Part shown: positions 1 through 8,781 of the stretch, piece by piece
Numbering within the stretch: position 1 is the first letter of the stretch
Layout of the letters: every line of letters starts with the position of its first letter
Origin: Alphaproteobacteria bacterium
GTDB lineage: Bacteria; Pseudomonadota; Alphaproteobacteria; MPNO01
Direction: 5' to 3'
Length of the DNA: 64,000 bases
NCBI GenBank assembly: GCA_965248835.1
Contig: CBDFLJ010000001.1
Location: 2,144,001 to 2,208,000 of the forward strand
Translations under genes and position numbers: made by a program
Notes under the pieces: generated by a model
Seen by the model: only the letters and a program-made list of their open reading frames with translations
The model's database searches: none
Told to the model about the DNA's origin: nothing

Positions 1-53
1 TCCATGCCGATCACCACTTCCCACTGGCCTGTCCGGCCTTCGATCACGCCCAT
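1..53 (-). CDS. gatB: Asp/Glu-tRNA amidotransferase subunit B (5' end only, runs off window)
   Basis: Minus strand from ATG at 53 reads MGVIEGRTGQWEVVIGME, matching the GatB N-terminal WE.VIG.E motif; lies downstream of gatC-gatA. Confidence 0.85.
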   Translation of the reverse strand, partial: MGVIEGRTGQWEVVIGM

Positions 54-54
54 C

Positions 55-372
55 TCAGCCGCCCGCGCCGCGCACGATGGAGGCGATCAGCAGGCTCAGG
101 ATGCTGAACGCCGAGACCCGGAAGATAAACATGCGCGCGAGCCGGTTCCAGTATCCGCGCCGGGCAGCCTGAACCTGCTGCATGCCGGCCCCGCGGCCGA
201 TGCCGGCCTCGAACCTCGGCCAGGCGATGCGGTGGATCTCCCAGACCGCGTAGCCCTGAACGACCGCACCGGCGAGCACGCAATAGAGCGCACCGAGATT
301 GGTAAAGGTGAAGGCATCCTTGCCGATCAGCCCGAGGCTGACATGGATCAGGATGTACCAGACGATGGTCAC
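55..372 (-). CDS. Small hypothetical membrane protein (105 aa, about 3 hydrophobic segments)
   Basis: GTG start, GC-rich third codon positions, fills the gatA-gatB gap, stop ends 1 nt before the gatB ATG. Confidence 0.7.
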   Translation of the reverse strand: MTIVWYILIHVSLGLIGKDAFTFTNLGALYCVLAGAVVQGYAVWEIHRIAWPRFEAGIGRGAGMQQVQAARRGYWNRLARMFIFRVSAFSILSLLIASIVRGAGG

Positions 373-393
373 CGCCCATCGCTCCGCCGCGCT

Positions 394-1866
394 TCAAGCC
401 TGCGCGTTCGGCCTGACATCGAATCCGGCCGCCTTCTCGATCACCCGACCGGCCCGGAACATCGTGTCCTCGTCGAACGGCCTCGCGATCACCTGCAGCC
501 CGAGCGGCAGCCGCGCCGCCGAAAGCCGCGCCGGCACCGACATGCCGGGCAGGCCGGCGAGGCTCGCCGGCACGGTGAGCACGTCGTTGTAGTACATCGC
601 GATCGGGTCGCCGCTCTTCTCGCCGATCGCGAACGCATCGAACGGGCAGGTCGGCATCAGCAGCAGGTCGCAGGCCTCGAAGGCCCGGGTGAAATCGCGT
701 GCGATCAGGGTCCGCACCTTCTGGGCCTTTATGTAGTAGGCATCGTAATATCCGGCCGACAGCACGTAGGTGCCGATCAGCACCCGCCTGCGGACTTCCG
801 CGCCGAACCCGGCGCCGCGGGTTGCGGCGTACATCCCCGTCAGGTCCTCGTCGTCGACGCGAAGCCCGTAGCGCACGCCGTCATAGCGCGCGAGGTTGGA
901 CGAGGCCTCGGCCGGGGCGATGATGTAATAGGCCGGCAGGGCGTAGGACGTATGGGGCAGGCTCACCTCGACCGGCTGGGCTCCGGCATCGCGGAGCCAT
1001 GCGATGCCCTGCTGCCACAGATCGTTGATCTCCGCCGGTGCCGCATCGAGCGCGTATTCGGCCGGCACGCCCACCTTGAGCCCGGCGATGCCGTCCTCCA
1101 GCGTCGCCTCGAAATCCGGCACCGGGACATCGGCCGAGGTCGAATCCTTGGGATCGAACCCCGACATCGCCGCCAGCATGATCGCGGCATCGCGCACGGT
1201 CCGGGTCAGCGGACCAGCCTGGTCGAGCGAGGAGGCGAACGCCACCGTCCCCCAGCGAGAGCAGCGGCCATAGGTCGGCTTGACGCCGACGATGCCGCAG
1301 AACGCGGCAGGCTGGCGGATCGATCCTCCGGTATCGGTGCCGGTCGCGCCCAGGCAGATGCGGGCGGCCACCGCCGCGGCCGAACCGCCCGAAGAGCCGC
1401 CGGGCACCAGGTCCGCATCCTCGCCGTTGCGGCGCCACGGGTTGATCACCGGGCCGAAATAGCTGGTCTCGTTCGATGAGCCCATCGCGAACTCATCGAG
1501 ATTGGTCTTGCCCAGCATCACCGCGCCTTCATCGCGGAGCTTCGCGGTCACCGTGGATTCGTAGGTCGGCGTGAACCCGTCGAGGATGTGCGAGGCGGCC
1601 GTGGTCGCGATGCCTGCGGTGCAGAACAGGTCCTTGATCGCAATCGGAATGCCGTCCATCGCGCGCGCCGCGCCCGCCGCCCGCCTGGCATCGGAGGTCT
1701 CGGCATCGGTGATCGCGCGCTCGGGGGTCTCGGTGATGAACGCGTTGAGTCCGCGCGCCGCCGCGACCGCTTCGATATGCGCCTCGGCCAGCTCGCGGGC
1801 GGAAAATTCGCCGGCGGAAAGGCCGTCGCGCGCCGCCGCGATGGTGAGATCGGTCAGCGCCGTCAT
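394..1866 (-). CDS. gatA: Asp/Glu-tRNA amidotransferase subunit A
   Basis: Amidase signature [37 protein letters not shown]; ATG at 1866 overlaps the gatC stop. Confidence 0.97.
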   Translation of the reverse strand: MTALTDLTIAAARDGLSAGEFSARELAEAHIEAVAAARGLNAFITETPERAITDAETSDARRAAGAARAMDGIPIAIKDLFCTAGIATTAASHILDGFTPTYESTVTAKLRDEGAVMLGKTNLDEFAMGSSNETSYFGPVINPWRRNGEDADLVPGGSSGGSAAAVAARICLGATGTDTGGSIRQPAAFCGIVGVKPTYGRCSRWGTVAFASSLDQAGPLTRTVRDAAIMLAAMSGFDPKDSTSADVPVPDFEATLEDGIAGLKVGVPAEYALDAAPAEINDLWQQGIAWLRDAGAQPVEVSLPHTSYALPAYYIIAPAEASSNLARYDGVRYGLRVDDEDLTGMYAATRGAGFGAEVRRRVLIGTYVLSAGYYDAYYIKAQKVRTLIARDFTRAFEACDLLLMPTCPFDAFAIGEKSGDPIAMYYNDVLTVPASLAGLPGMSVPARLSAARLPLGLQVIARPFDEDTMFRAGRVIEKAAGFDVRPNAQA

Positions 1867-2150
1867 TCGACGACCTTGGGGACGGCGAAGAAGTCCGCCA
1901 ACGGGTCGGGCGCGTTCGCGAGCACGTCCTGTCTTATCCCGCCGTCGGTCACCGAATCGGCGCGGCGCCGGAGCGTCATCGGCGTGACCGCGGCCATCGG
2001 CGCGACGCCTTCGGTGTCGACCTCGCCGAGCTGCTCGACCCAGCCCAGTATGTTGTTGAGCTCTCCCGACAGCGCATCGAGCCGGTCCTCGGGCACGCTG
2101 AGCCTGGCGAGCATGGCGATACGGCGTACCGTATCCCTGTCCACGGACAT
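1863..2150 (-). CDS. gatC: Asp/Glu-tRNA amidotransferase subunit C
   Basis: [17 protein letters not shown]...[15 protein letters not shown]...FFAVPKVVE, 95 aa, upstream of gatA. Confidence 0.95.
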   Translation of the reverse strand: MSVDRDTVRRIAMLARLSVPEDRLDALSGELNNILGWVEQLGEVDTEGVAPMAAVTPMTLRRRADSVTDGGIRQDVLANAPDPLADFFAVPKVVE

Positions 2151-2238
2151 GGCCGATCTCCGGTTCGCGGGATTGCGCGAAACTACTCTGGCATGCGGCG
2201 ACCGGCAAGCTGGTGGACCCTGCCCCCGGCGTATAAGA

Positions 2239-2721
2239 ATGACCGCCGCAGGGGAGGGATTCGCCCGGGCCTTGGCTATCTTGTCACTCGATGCGTTCGA
2301 TCCACGTTGGCGCCTTATGGGCCTGGATGTCGGCGCCAGAACCATCGGGCTTGCCGTCGGCGAGCCGACGCCGGGCCTGGCGACACCGCTGGAAACGATC
2401 CGCCGGACCCGGTTCTCGGCCGATGCGCACCGCCTGTCCACGCTGATCGAGGAACACCGGATCGACGCCCTGGTGATCGGGTTTCCGGTCAACATGGACG
2501 GCAGCGAAGGACCGCAATGCCAGTCGGTTCGCCAGTTCGCGGCCAACATGCTGGACCGGCGCGACATCCCGATCGGATTCTGGGACGAGCGGCTTTCGAC
2601 CGCCGCGGTCACGCGCGCGATGATCCAAGCCGACGTCTCGCGGCGCAAGCGCGCGGCCGCCGTCGACAAGCTTGCGGCCTGCTACATCCTTCAGGGGGCG
2701 ATGGACTTCTTGCGCCGCTGA
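2239..2721 (+). CDS. ruvX: YqgF/RuvX family nuclease (pre-16S rRNA maturation)
   Basis: [41 protein letters not shown] motifs; divergent from gatC. Start uncertain (alternative TTG at 2272). Confidence 0.92.
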   Translation: MTAAGEGFARALAILSLDAFDPRWRLMGLDVGARTIGLAVGEPTPGLATPLETIRRTRFSADAHRLSTLIEEHRIDALVIGFPVNMDGSEGPQCQSVRQFAANMLDRRDIPIGFWDERLSTAAVTRAMIQADVSRRKRAAAVDKLAACYILQGAMDFLRR

Positions 2722-2768
2722 TCAGGCGGGCCCTATGGTCGCGGCGCTTCAACCGGAGAGGCAGGGAT

Positions 2769-3317
2769 ATGGGACGGGATATCAGGCGCATCGTCACCGG
2801 CCACGACGAGGCGGGCAAGGCGGTGGTCGTGTTCGACGGGCCGACCCCCAACGTCTTCCGGCCGGAACATCGCCCGGGCGTTCAGATCAACAATCTGTGG
2901 CTGACCGGCGAATCGCCCGCCCGGCTCGCCGGCAACGCCGAGACCACCGAGGGACGGGTCCCGCTCGAGCCGCCGGCCAACGGTGCAGTCTTCCGGGTGA
3001 TCGAGTTCCCGCCGGAAAAGGACTGGATCGACAAGATCGACCGTGCGGCGGCGCACGCGAGCTTCACCCAGTTCGGCGCCGCCCACGCCGCGGACGCCTC
3101 CGAGACCCCGCCGCATCCGCTGATGCACCGGACCGAGACGATCGACTACGCGATATGCCTGGAAGGCGAGATCTGGCTGGTGCTCGATGACTCCGAAGTG
3201 CTGATGAAGGCGGGCGATACCTGCGTCCAGCGCGGCACCAACCACGCCTGGTCCAACCGCACCGACGCGCCGTGCTTCATGGCCTTCGTCCTGATCGACG
3301 GCACGTTCGGGGGATGA
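2769..3317 (+). CDS. Cupin domain protein
   Basis: IRRIVTGHD N-terminus, MHRTETIDY and VQRGTNHAWSNR cupin motifs. Confidence 0.85.
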   Translation: MGRDIRRIVTGHDEAGKAVVVFDGPTPNVFRPEHRPGVQINNLWLTGESPARLAGNAETTEGRVPLEPPANGAVFRVIEFPPEKDWIDKIDRAAAHASFTQFGAAHAADASETPPHPLMHRTETIDYAICLEGEIWLVLDDSEVLMKAGDTCVQRGTNHAWSNRTDAPCFMAFVLIDGTFGG

Positions 3318-3354
3318 CGCGCGGAGACCGCGAAGACCTGCGGACTTGATCCCG

Positions 3355-3379
3355 TAGAGCGTGTTCCGAACACGCCCTA
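3355..3379. repeat. 25-bp palindromic element, copy 1 (TAGAGCGTGTT-CCG-AACACGCCCTA)
   Basis: 11-bp inverted arms with one mismatch; terminal CTA is the TAG stop of the LLM gene; similar copy at 38687-38711. Confidence 0.75.
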
Positions 3380-4519
3380 GGCCGCCGCCCGGCTGGGCGG
3401 CGTGCGGTGGACATGGGGTAGCACCTCCTCGGCGATCTTGCGCATCATGCCGAGCTGATCGGGCGAGGCGATGACAAGCTGGAAGATGGTCACGCCGAGG
3501 TCGATATAGCGGTTGATCTTCTCGGCCATCTGCTTGCCGGTGCCTGACAGCGCCCAGCGGTCGACGAGGTCGGGCGAGGCCTTGTCCTTGCCGGGCGGCG
3601 GGCCATGGAAATCGGTGAGCTGGTTCTGCACGCCCCGCCAGGCGATCTCGGGCTCGTCGTCGCAGTTGGCGAACCAGTTCATGCCCATCACCGTGCCGCC
3701 GCCATAGGCCGCGCCGGTGCCCGGCCCCTTGCCGATCGAGGCCGCGATACCGGCGATGTCGGCCCGGATCGCGGCATATTCCTGTTCCGTCGGATGGACG
3801 GCGAGCCAGCCATCGCCCTGCTCGGCGACCACCCGACGAATCTTGGGACCCATCATCAAGGTGCCTGCAACCTCGCGGTTCCAGGTGTAGTGGTGCGCGC
3901 CGACGCCGTCGCGCGGCACGTAGATGCCGCCGCCGACCAGGATGGGCGGCTTTTCGGTCGGACGCGCGACACCCAGGGTCATCTCGCCGAATTTGAAGAA
4001 CGCGCCGTCAAAGGCGAACTTGTCCTCGGTCCACAGCCGGTTCATCACCTCGAGCGATTCCGCGAACAGCGCGGTGCGGTGCTTGAAGAACTGGGCGGGC
4101 TGCAGCGCGTCCTTGTTGGGGCCACGCACCGCGACCAGCGAATCGAACTGGCGCTTGAAGATGGTCGACTTGCCGGCGCCGGTGCCGGCCCCCATGACCG
4201 CGCGGCCCTCGGAGACCTCCCACAGCGTCGCCCATTGCTGGGCGACATGGACCGGGTTGCGGATCTGCGGGATCAGAATGCCGGTGCACAGCTTGATGCG
4301 CTTGGTCTGAGCGGCCGCCGCGGTCAGCGCGCCGATCGGGCAGTAGGCCGCCGTCGTCCGCCGGCCGCCCAGCGCGTCATGGACCCAGACCGCATCGAAA
4401 CCCATCGCCTCGGCCTCGCGCGCGGCATTGAGAAGCTGCGGGATGTCATAGGACTTCCCGGTGATGCCCATGGTGTTGTTGATCGATGATCCGATGATGA
4501 TCTCGTTGCCGAGGCTCAT
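3377..4519 (-). CDS. LLM-class (luciferase-like) flavin- or F420-dependent oxidoreductase
   Basis: AEAMGFDAVWVHD, TKRIKLCTGIL, RNPVHVAQQWATL..VSEGR, PPILVGG, DGW pattern typical of LLM barrels. Confidence 0.85.
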   Translation of the reverse strand: MSLGNEIIIGSSINNTMGITGKSYDIPQLLNAAREAEAMGFDAVWVHDALGGRRTTAAYCPIGALTAAAAQTKRIKLCTGILIPQIRNPVHVAQQWATLWEVSEGRAVMGAGTGAGKSTIFKRQFDSLVAVRGPNKDALQPAQFFKHRTALFAESLEVMNRLWTEDKFAFDGAFFKFGEMTLGVARPTEKPPILVGGGIYVPRDGVGAHHYTWNREVAGTLMMGPKIRRVVAEQGDGWLAVHPTEQEYAAIRADIAGIAASIGKGPGTGAAYGGGTVMGMNWFANCDDEPEIAWRGVQNQLTDFHGPPPGKDKASPDLVDRWALSGTGKQMAEKINRYIDLGVTIFQLVIASPDQLGMMRKIAEEVLPHVHRTPPSRAAA

Positions 4520-4553
4520 GGACGGGGCTCCCTGGACAATTGCGCGAAGTGGT

Positions 4554-6185
4554 TCAACGGCCGAGCTCGCGCCGTCGAAGCACCGCGCGCTGCAGCTTGC
4601 CGGTCAGGCTTTTCGGTAAGGCGTCGACGAACTCGATCTTGCGAGGATACATGAAGGGCGGGCCGTTGCGCTTGAAGAAATCCTGGATCTCGGCCTTCAG
4701 CGCCTCGTCGGCCGCATGGCCGTCGGCGAGCGCGATGAAGGCCTTGACCACCGCCGCCCGCTCGCCCGCGTCATCGGGCGAGGCGACACAGGCGCATTCC
4801 TCGACCGCTTCGTGGCGCAGCAGGATGCGCTCGACCTCGACGGGGGAGATGTTGAGCCCGCCCGAGACGATCACCTCGTCCTGGCGGGCGAGAAAATGAA
4901 TGAACCCCTGATCGTCCATCCAGATCAGGTCCTGGACGACTGTCCAGCCCTCGCGCACCGCCTCGGTCTGGATCTCGCCGGGGCTCCAATAGACCGTGGC
5001 CGTCGGCCCGCGCACGCACATCAGCCCGTGCTCGGCGTGGCCCAGCGGCGCGAAGGTCTCGGGATCGCGCACCGAGATCTCGTAACCCGGGCAGACCTTG
5101 CCCAGGGTCTCGCGCCTGATCTCGTCCTCGCCGTAACGAAAGCCGACGAAGGCGTGGAACATCTCGGTCGTACCGATGAGCTGGCTGAACGGGACACCGG
5201 TCTCCGTGTGCCAGGCCGCCTCGAATTCGGGGTAGAGCGGCTCGCCCGCGCACAGCAGGATCCTCACCGAGTCCAGCGGCACCGCGCCGCCGGACCGGCG
5301 ATGCTCCAGCAATCGGTGATAGAACGTCGGAACGCTGATGAAGATGGTCGGCCGGTGGGCGGCCAGCGCCTCCAGATAGGCCTCCACGGTCTTTTGCGGG
5401 CACAGCACCGATGCCGCGCCGAAGCGCAGCGGGTAGTACATGAAGAACGACATCCCCATTGTGAACGGCAGCGCCGGCGGGCCGGCGAAGACGTCCTCCG
5501 GTCCGGCCTTCAAAACGTAACGCGGGAAGGTGTCGCCGGCCGCCATCAGGTCGCGGTGACAATGGGCTGCCGCTTTGGGCCGGCCGGTCGTCCCGGAGGT
5601 GAACACGATCAGGCTCAAATCGTCGGCGCCGGTATCGGCCCAACCCGCGATCGGCGGCGCCGTGGATGCGAGGTCTTCCAGCGAGGCGAACCGCCCGCTG
5701 GGGTCGCGCGGGGCAACGATGACGTGCTCGGCCGCGCAGCCCGAATCGATCGCGCGCGCCACCTCGTCCAGCAGATCGGCGGCCACGACGATGAACCGCG
5801 CCCCGGTATCGGCCACCCGGTAGGCGATGTCCTCGGCGCGGAGCTGGACGAAGCTCGGCACCGCGATCCCGCCCATTCCCTGGACGGCAAGGAGCATCAT
5901 GACCATTTCCGGCGAATCGTGCTGGCGGATCACCACGCGGTCCTCAAGCCCCATCCCGGCGGCGGTCAGCGCTGCGGCGACCCGCCTGGTGCCCTCGATC
6001 AGCGCCCGGTAGCTCCAAGTCGCGCCCCGGTAGTAATAGGCCGGCCGATCGTGCCAGCCGTTGGCCTCTGCGGCCGCGAAGATCGCCGCGGTGGCGTTGA
6101 GCCGTCCGGGATAGCAAAGCTCCGGCAGCGCGTTGATCCGATGGGGCATGCCGGCCGGATCTCGCACCAGATCGAACTTGTTCAT
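4554..6185 (-). CDS. Benzoate/2-aminobenzoate-CoA ligase family AMP-binding enzyme
   Basis: FTSGTTGRPK AMP-binding motif, PPALPFTMG, AGEPL, IGTTEMFHAF, YPRKIEFVDALPKSLTGKLQR. Start at 6185 or 6230. Confidence 0.85.
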   Translation of the reverse strand: MNKFDLVRDPAGMPHRINALPELCYPGRLNATAAIFAAAEANGWHDRPAYYYRGATWSYRALIEGTRRVAAALTAAGMGLEDRVVIRQHDSPEMVMMLLAVQGMGGIAVPSFVQLRAEDIAYRVADTGARFIVVAADLLDEVARAIDSGCAAEHVIVAPRDPSGRFASLEDLASTAPPIAGWADTGADDLSLIVFTSGTTGRPKAAAHCHRDLMAAGDTFPRYVLKAGPEDVFAGPPALPFTMGMSFFMYYPLRFGAASVLCPQKTVEAYLEALAAHRPTIFISVPTFYHRLLEHRRSGGAVPLDSVRILLCAGEPLYPEFEAAWHTETGVPFSQLIGTTEMFHAFVGFRYGEDEIRRETLGKVCPGYEISVRDPETFAPLGHAEHGLMCVRGPTATVYWSPGEIQTEAVREGWTVVQDLIWMDDQGFIHFLARQDEVIVSGGLNISPVEVERILLRHEAVEECACVASPDDAGERAAVVKAFIALADGHAADEALKAEIQDFFKRNGPPFMYPRKIEFVDALPKSLTGKLQRAVLRRRELGR

Positions 6186-6318
6186 CGGCCTCAACCGTCC
6201 GGCGGCAGCAGATCGCACGGAGAACATCACAGTTGCGTCGGGCGGACAAGCGAGGCGCTTTCCAAGTTGCGCTCAAGGCTCGATAATCGGCGAAACGTCA
6301 GTCAACCCGCGAGGCAGC

Positions 6319-6972
6319 ATGTTTTACGAACCGGCCAACAACGACCACGGCCTTCCGTTCAACCCGTTGAAGTCGTGCGTCGTTCCGCGCCCGATCGGCT
6401 GGATCACGACGATGAGCACCGATGGGGTGGTCAACCTTGCGCCGTTCAGCTTTTTCAATCTGCTGAGCTACAACCCGCCCTTTGTCGTCTTCTCCGCCGG
6501 CACGCACGCTGAGGACTCCGCCCACAAGGACACCGTCGTCAACGTCGAGGCGACCGGGGAGTTCGTCTACAACATGGCAACCTGGGCGCAGCGCGATCAG
6601 ATGAACCAGACCGGGCTGATCGTCGAGCGCGGCGTCGACGAGCTGGCCGCGGCGGGGCTGGAGCCGGTGGACTCCCGCCTGGTGAAGCCGCCGCGCGTAG
6701 CCGGCGCGCCGGTCCATTTTGAATGCAAGCATCACCGCACGATCGCCCTGCCGGGCAATTCGCCCAGGCACGTCCACCAAGTCGTGTTCGGCGAGGTGAT
6801 CGGCGTGCACATCGCCGATGACGCGCTGACCGCCGACGGGCTGCTCGACGTGGTCGGGATCCGCCCCATCGCCCGGCTCGGCTACAAGGACTATATCAGC
6901 ATCCAGAGCATCTTTTCGATGGACAAGCTTTCGCCCGAGGACAACATCCCGGCGCGCCAGGCCGCAGAGTAG
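6319..6972 (+). CDS. Flavin reductase family protein (DIM6/NTAB-like)
   Basis: [42 protein letters not shown]. Confidence 0.9.
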   Translation: MFYEPANNDHGLPFNPLKSCVVPRPIGWITTMSTDGVVNLAPFSFFNLLSYNPPFVVFSAGTHAEDSAHKDTVVNVEATGEFVYNMATWAQRDQMNQTGLIVERGVDELAAAGLEPVDSRLVKPPRVAGAPVHFECKHHRTIALPGNSPRHVHQVVFGEVIGVHIADDALTADGLLDVVGIRPIARLGYKDYISIQSIFSMDKLSPEDNIPARQAAE

Positions 6973-7006
6973 CAACCCGCCGGGCCGGGCGGCCGGTGCC
7001 GGGCAG

Positions 7007-7618
7007 ATGATCTATCCGATAAGCTGGGCCCACGCTTGGCCCTATCTCGCCGCCGCGTTGGTGCTGGGCTATGCGATCGGCGCGATCCCGTTCGGGCTGC
7101 TGCTGACCCGGCTCGCCGGCCGCGGCGATATCCGCAAGATCGGCTCGGGCAATATCGGGGCGACCAACGTGCTCAGGACCGGCAGCAAGCCGCTCGCCGC
7201 GGCCACGCTCCTGCTCGACGCAGCCAAGGGGGCGGCCGCTGTCCTCCTCGCCGCGCGTTGGGGGCCCGACATCACGATCGTCGCGGCACTGGGCGCCTTT
7301 TTGGGCCACCTGTTCCCGATCTGGGTGGGTTTCCGCGGCGGCAAGGGCGTGGCAACCGCGCTCGGCATCCTGCTGGCGCTCGCCTGGCCGGCGGGGCTGC
7401 TTGCCTGCGCCACCTGGCTCGCGGTCGCCGCGGTGCTGCGCTATTCCTCGCTCTCCGCGCTGGTCGCGCTCGGGCTTGCGCCGGTATTCATGTGGCAACT
7501 GGCCGATCCGCAGCGGATGGAGTTCACGGCCCTGATGACGGTCATGGTGTGGCTGCGCCACGCGGCCAATATCCGACGCCTGCTGGCCGGGACCGAGCCA
7601 AGGATCGGCGCCGGATGA
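7007..7618 (+). CDS. plsY: Glycerol-3-phosphate acyltransferase PlsY
   Basis: [40 protein letters not shown]. Confidence 0.95.
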   Translation: MIYPISWAHAWPYLAAALVLGYAIGAIPFGLLLTRLAGRGDIRKIGSGNIGATNVLRTGSKPLAAATLLLDAAKGAAAVLLAARWGPDITIVAALGAFLGHLFPIWVGFRGGKGVATALGILLALAWPAGLLACATWLAVAAVLRYSSLSALVALGLAPVFMWQLADPQRMEFTALMTVMVWLRHAANIRRLLAGTEPRIGAG

Positions 7619-8709
7619 ACCAGGCCGAGCGCCTCGCCCGGCTCCGCCTCGCCCGCAGCGAAGGCGTCGGGCCGAGGACGTTCGCGCGGCTGATTGCACA
7701 TTGCGGCACGGCTGCCGACGCGCTGGCGGCGTTGCCGGAGATGTCGGCCAGGGGCGGCCGCAGAAAGCCGCTCCGGCCCTGCCCGGCCGAAGACGCCGCC
7801 GAGGAGATTGCCGCGGTCGAGGCCATGGGAGGCCGCTTGATGGTCCTCGGCGAGGACGACTACCCCGAAGCCCTGTCGGCGATCGCCGATCCGCCGCCGG
7901 CGCTGGCGGTGATGGGCGATGCGGGCATGCTCGGCCGGACCGTCGTCGCTGTGGTCGGCGCCCGCAACGCGTCGGCCGCCGGGCGCAAGCTCGCGCGCGG
8001 GCTGGCCCGCGACCTGGGCGCGGCCGGGGTGGTCGTCGGCTCCGGCCTGGCGCGCGGGATCGACGGGGCGGCCCACGAGGGAGCGTTGGCGACCGGGACG
8101 GTCGCCGTCATCGCCGGCGGCATCGACGTGCCCTACCCGAGAGAGCACACCGAGCTCTATCGGCGCATCGCCGAGGCCGGCGCGGTGGTTTCCGAGCACC
8201 GGCCCGGCACCGTGCCGACGGCACGCCACTTCCCGGCGCGCAACCGGCTGATCTCCGGCCTCGCGCTCGGCGTCGTGGTCGTCGAGGCGACGCTGCGGTC
8301 GGGCTCGCTGATCACCGCCAGGACGGCCAACGAACAGGGCCGCATGGTCTTTGCGGTGCCCGGTTCGCCGCTCGACCCGCGCGCCCGAGGGACCAACGAC
8401 CTGCTCCGCCAGGGCGCGGTCCTGGCGGAAGGCGCCGACGACGTCATCGCCGGCATCCGGGACATGGCGCCGGCGCCGCGCCCGGTGCCGGTCGAGGCGG
8501 CCGAAGACCGCGCCCCGGCCGCGGCCGAAATGGGCGAGGCGGCGCGCACCCTGCTCGCCACACAGCTCGGCCAAGCGCCGCTGACGGTTGACGAACTCGT
8601 TCGCGAGTGCCAATTGTCTGCCGCAACGGTGCAGACGATCCTGCTCGAGCTTGAACTGGCCGGCCGGGTCTCGCGCCAGCCGGGGAACCGAGTCTGCCTG
8701 GTAACATAA
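7615..8709 (+). CDS. dprA: DNA processing protein DprA
   Basis: [52 protein letters not shown]; ATGA overlap with plsY. Confidence 0.95.
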   Translation: MNQAERLARLRLARSEGVGPRTFARLIAHCGTAADALAALPEMSARGGRRKPLRPCPAEDAAEEIAAVEAMGGRLMVLGEDDYPEALSAIADPPPALAVMGDAGMLGRTVVAVVGARNASAAGRKLARGLARDLGAAGVVVGSGLARGIDGAAHEGALATGTVAVIAGGIDVPYPREHTELYRRIAEAGAVVSEHRPGTVPTARHFPARNRLISGLALGVVVVEATLRSGSLITARTANEQGRMVFAVPGSPLDPRARGTNDLLRQGAVLAEGADDVIAGIRDMAPAPRPVPVEAAEDRAPAAAEMGEAARTLLATQLGQAPLTVDELVRECQLSAATVQTILLELELAGRVSRQPGNRVCLVT

Positions 8710-8781
8710 GGGAACCGAAAGGAAATTCGGTCTCCGGTTCGAGGTCCTGGCGGACCCGAGAGTGAGTGGACGCGCCGTTTC

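Noticed and set aside
44-397. 117-aa ORF competing with the 105-aa ORF
   Set aside because: Arg-rich low-complexity translation that overlaps gatB; the 55-372 frame has normal codon bias.
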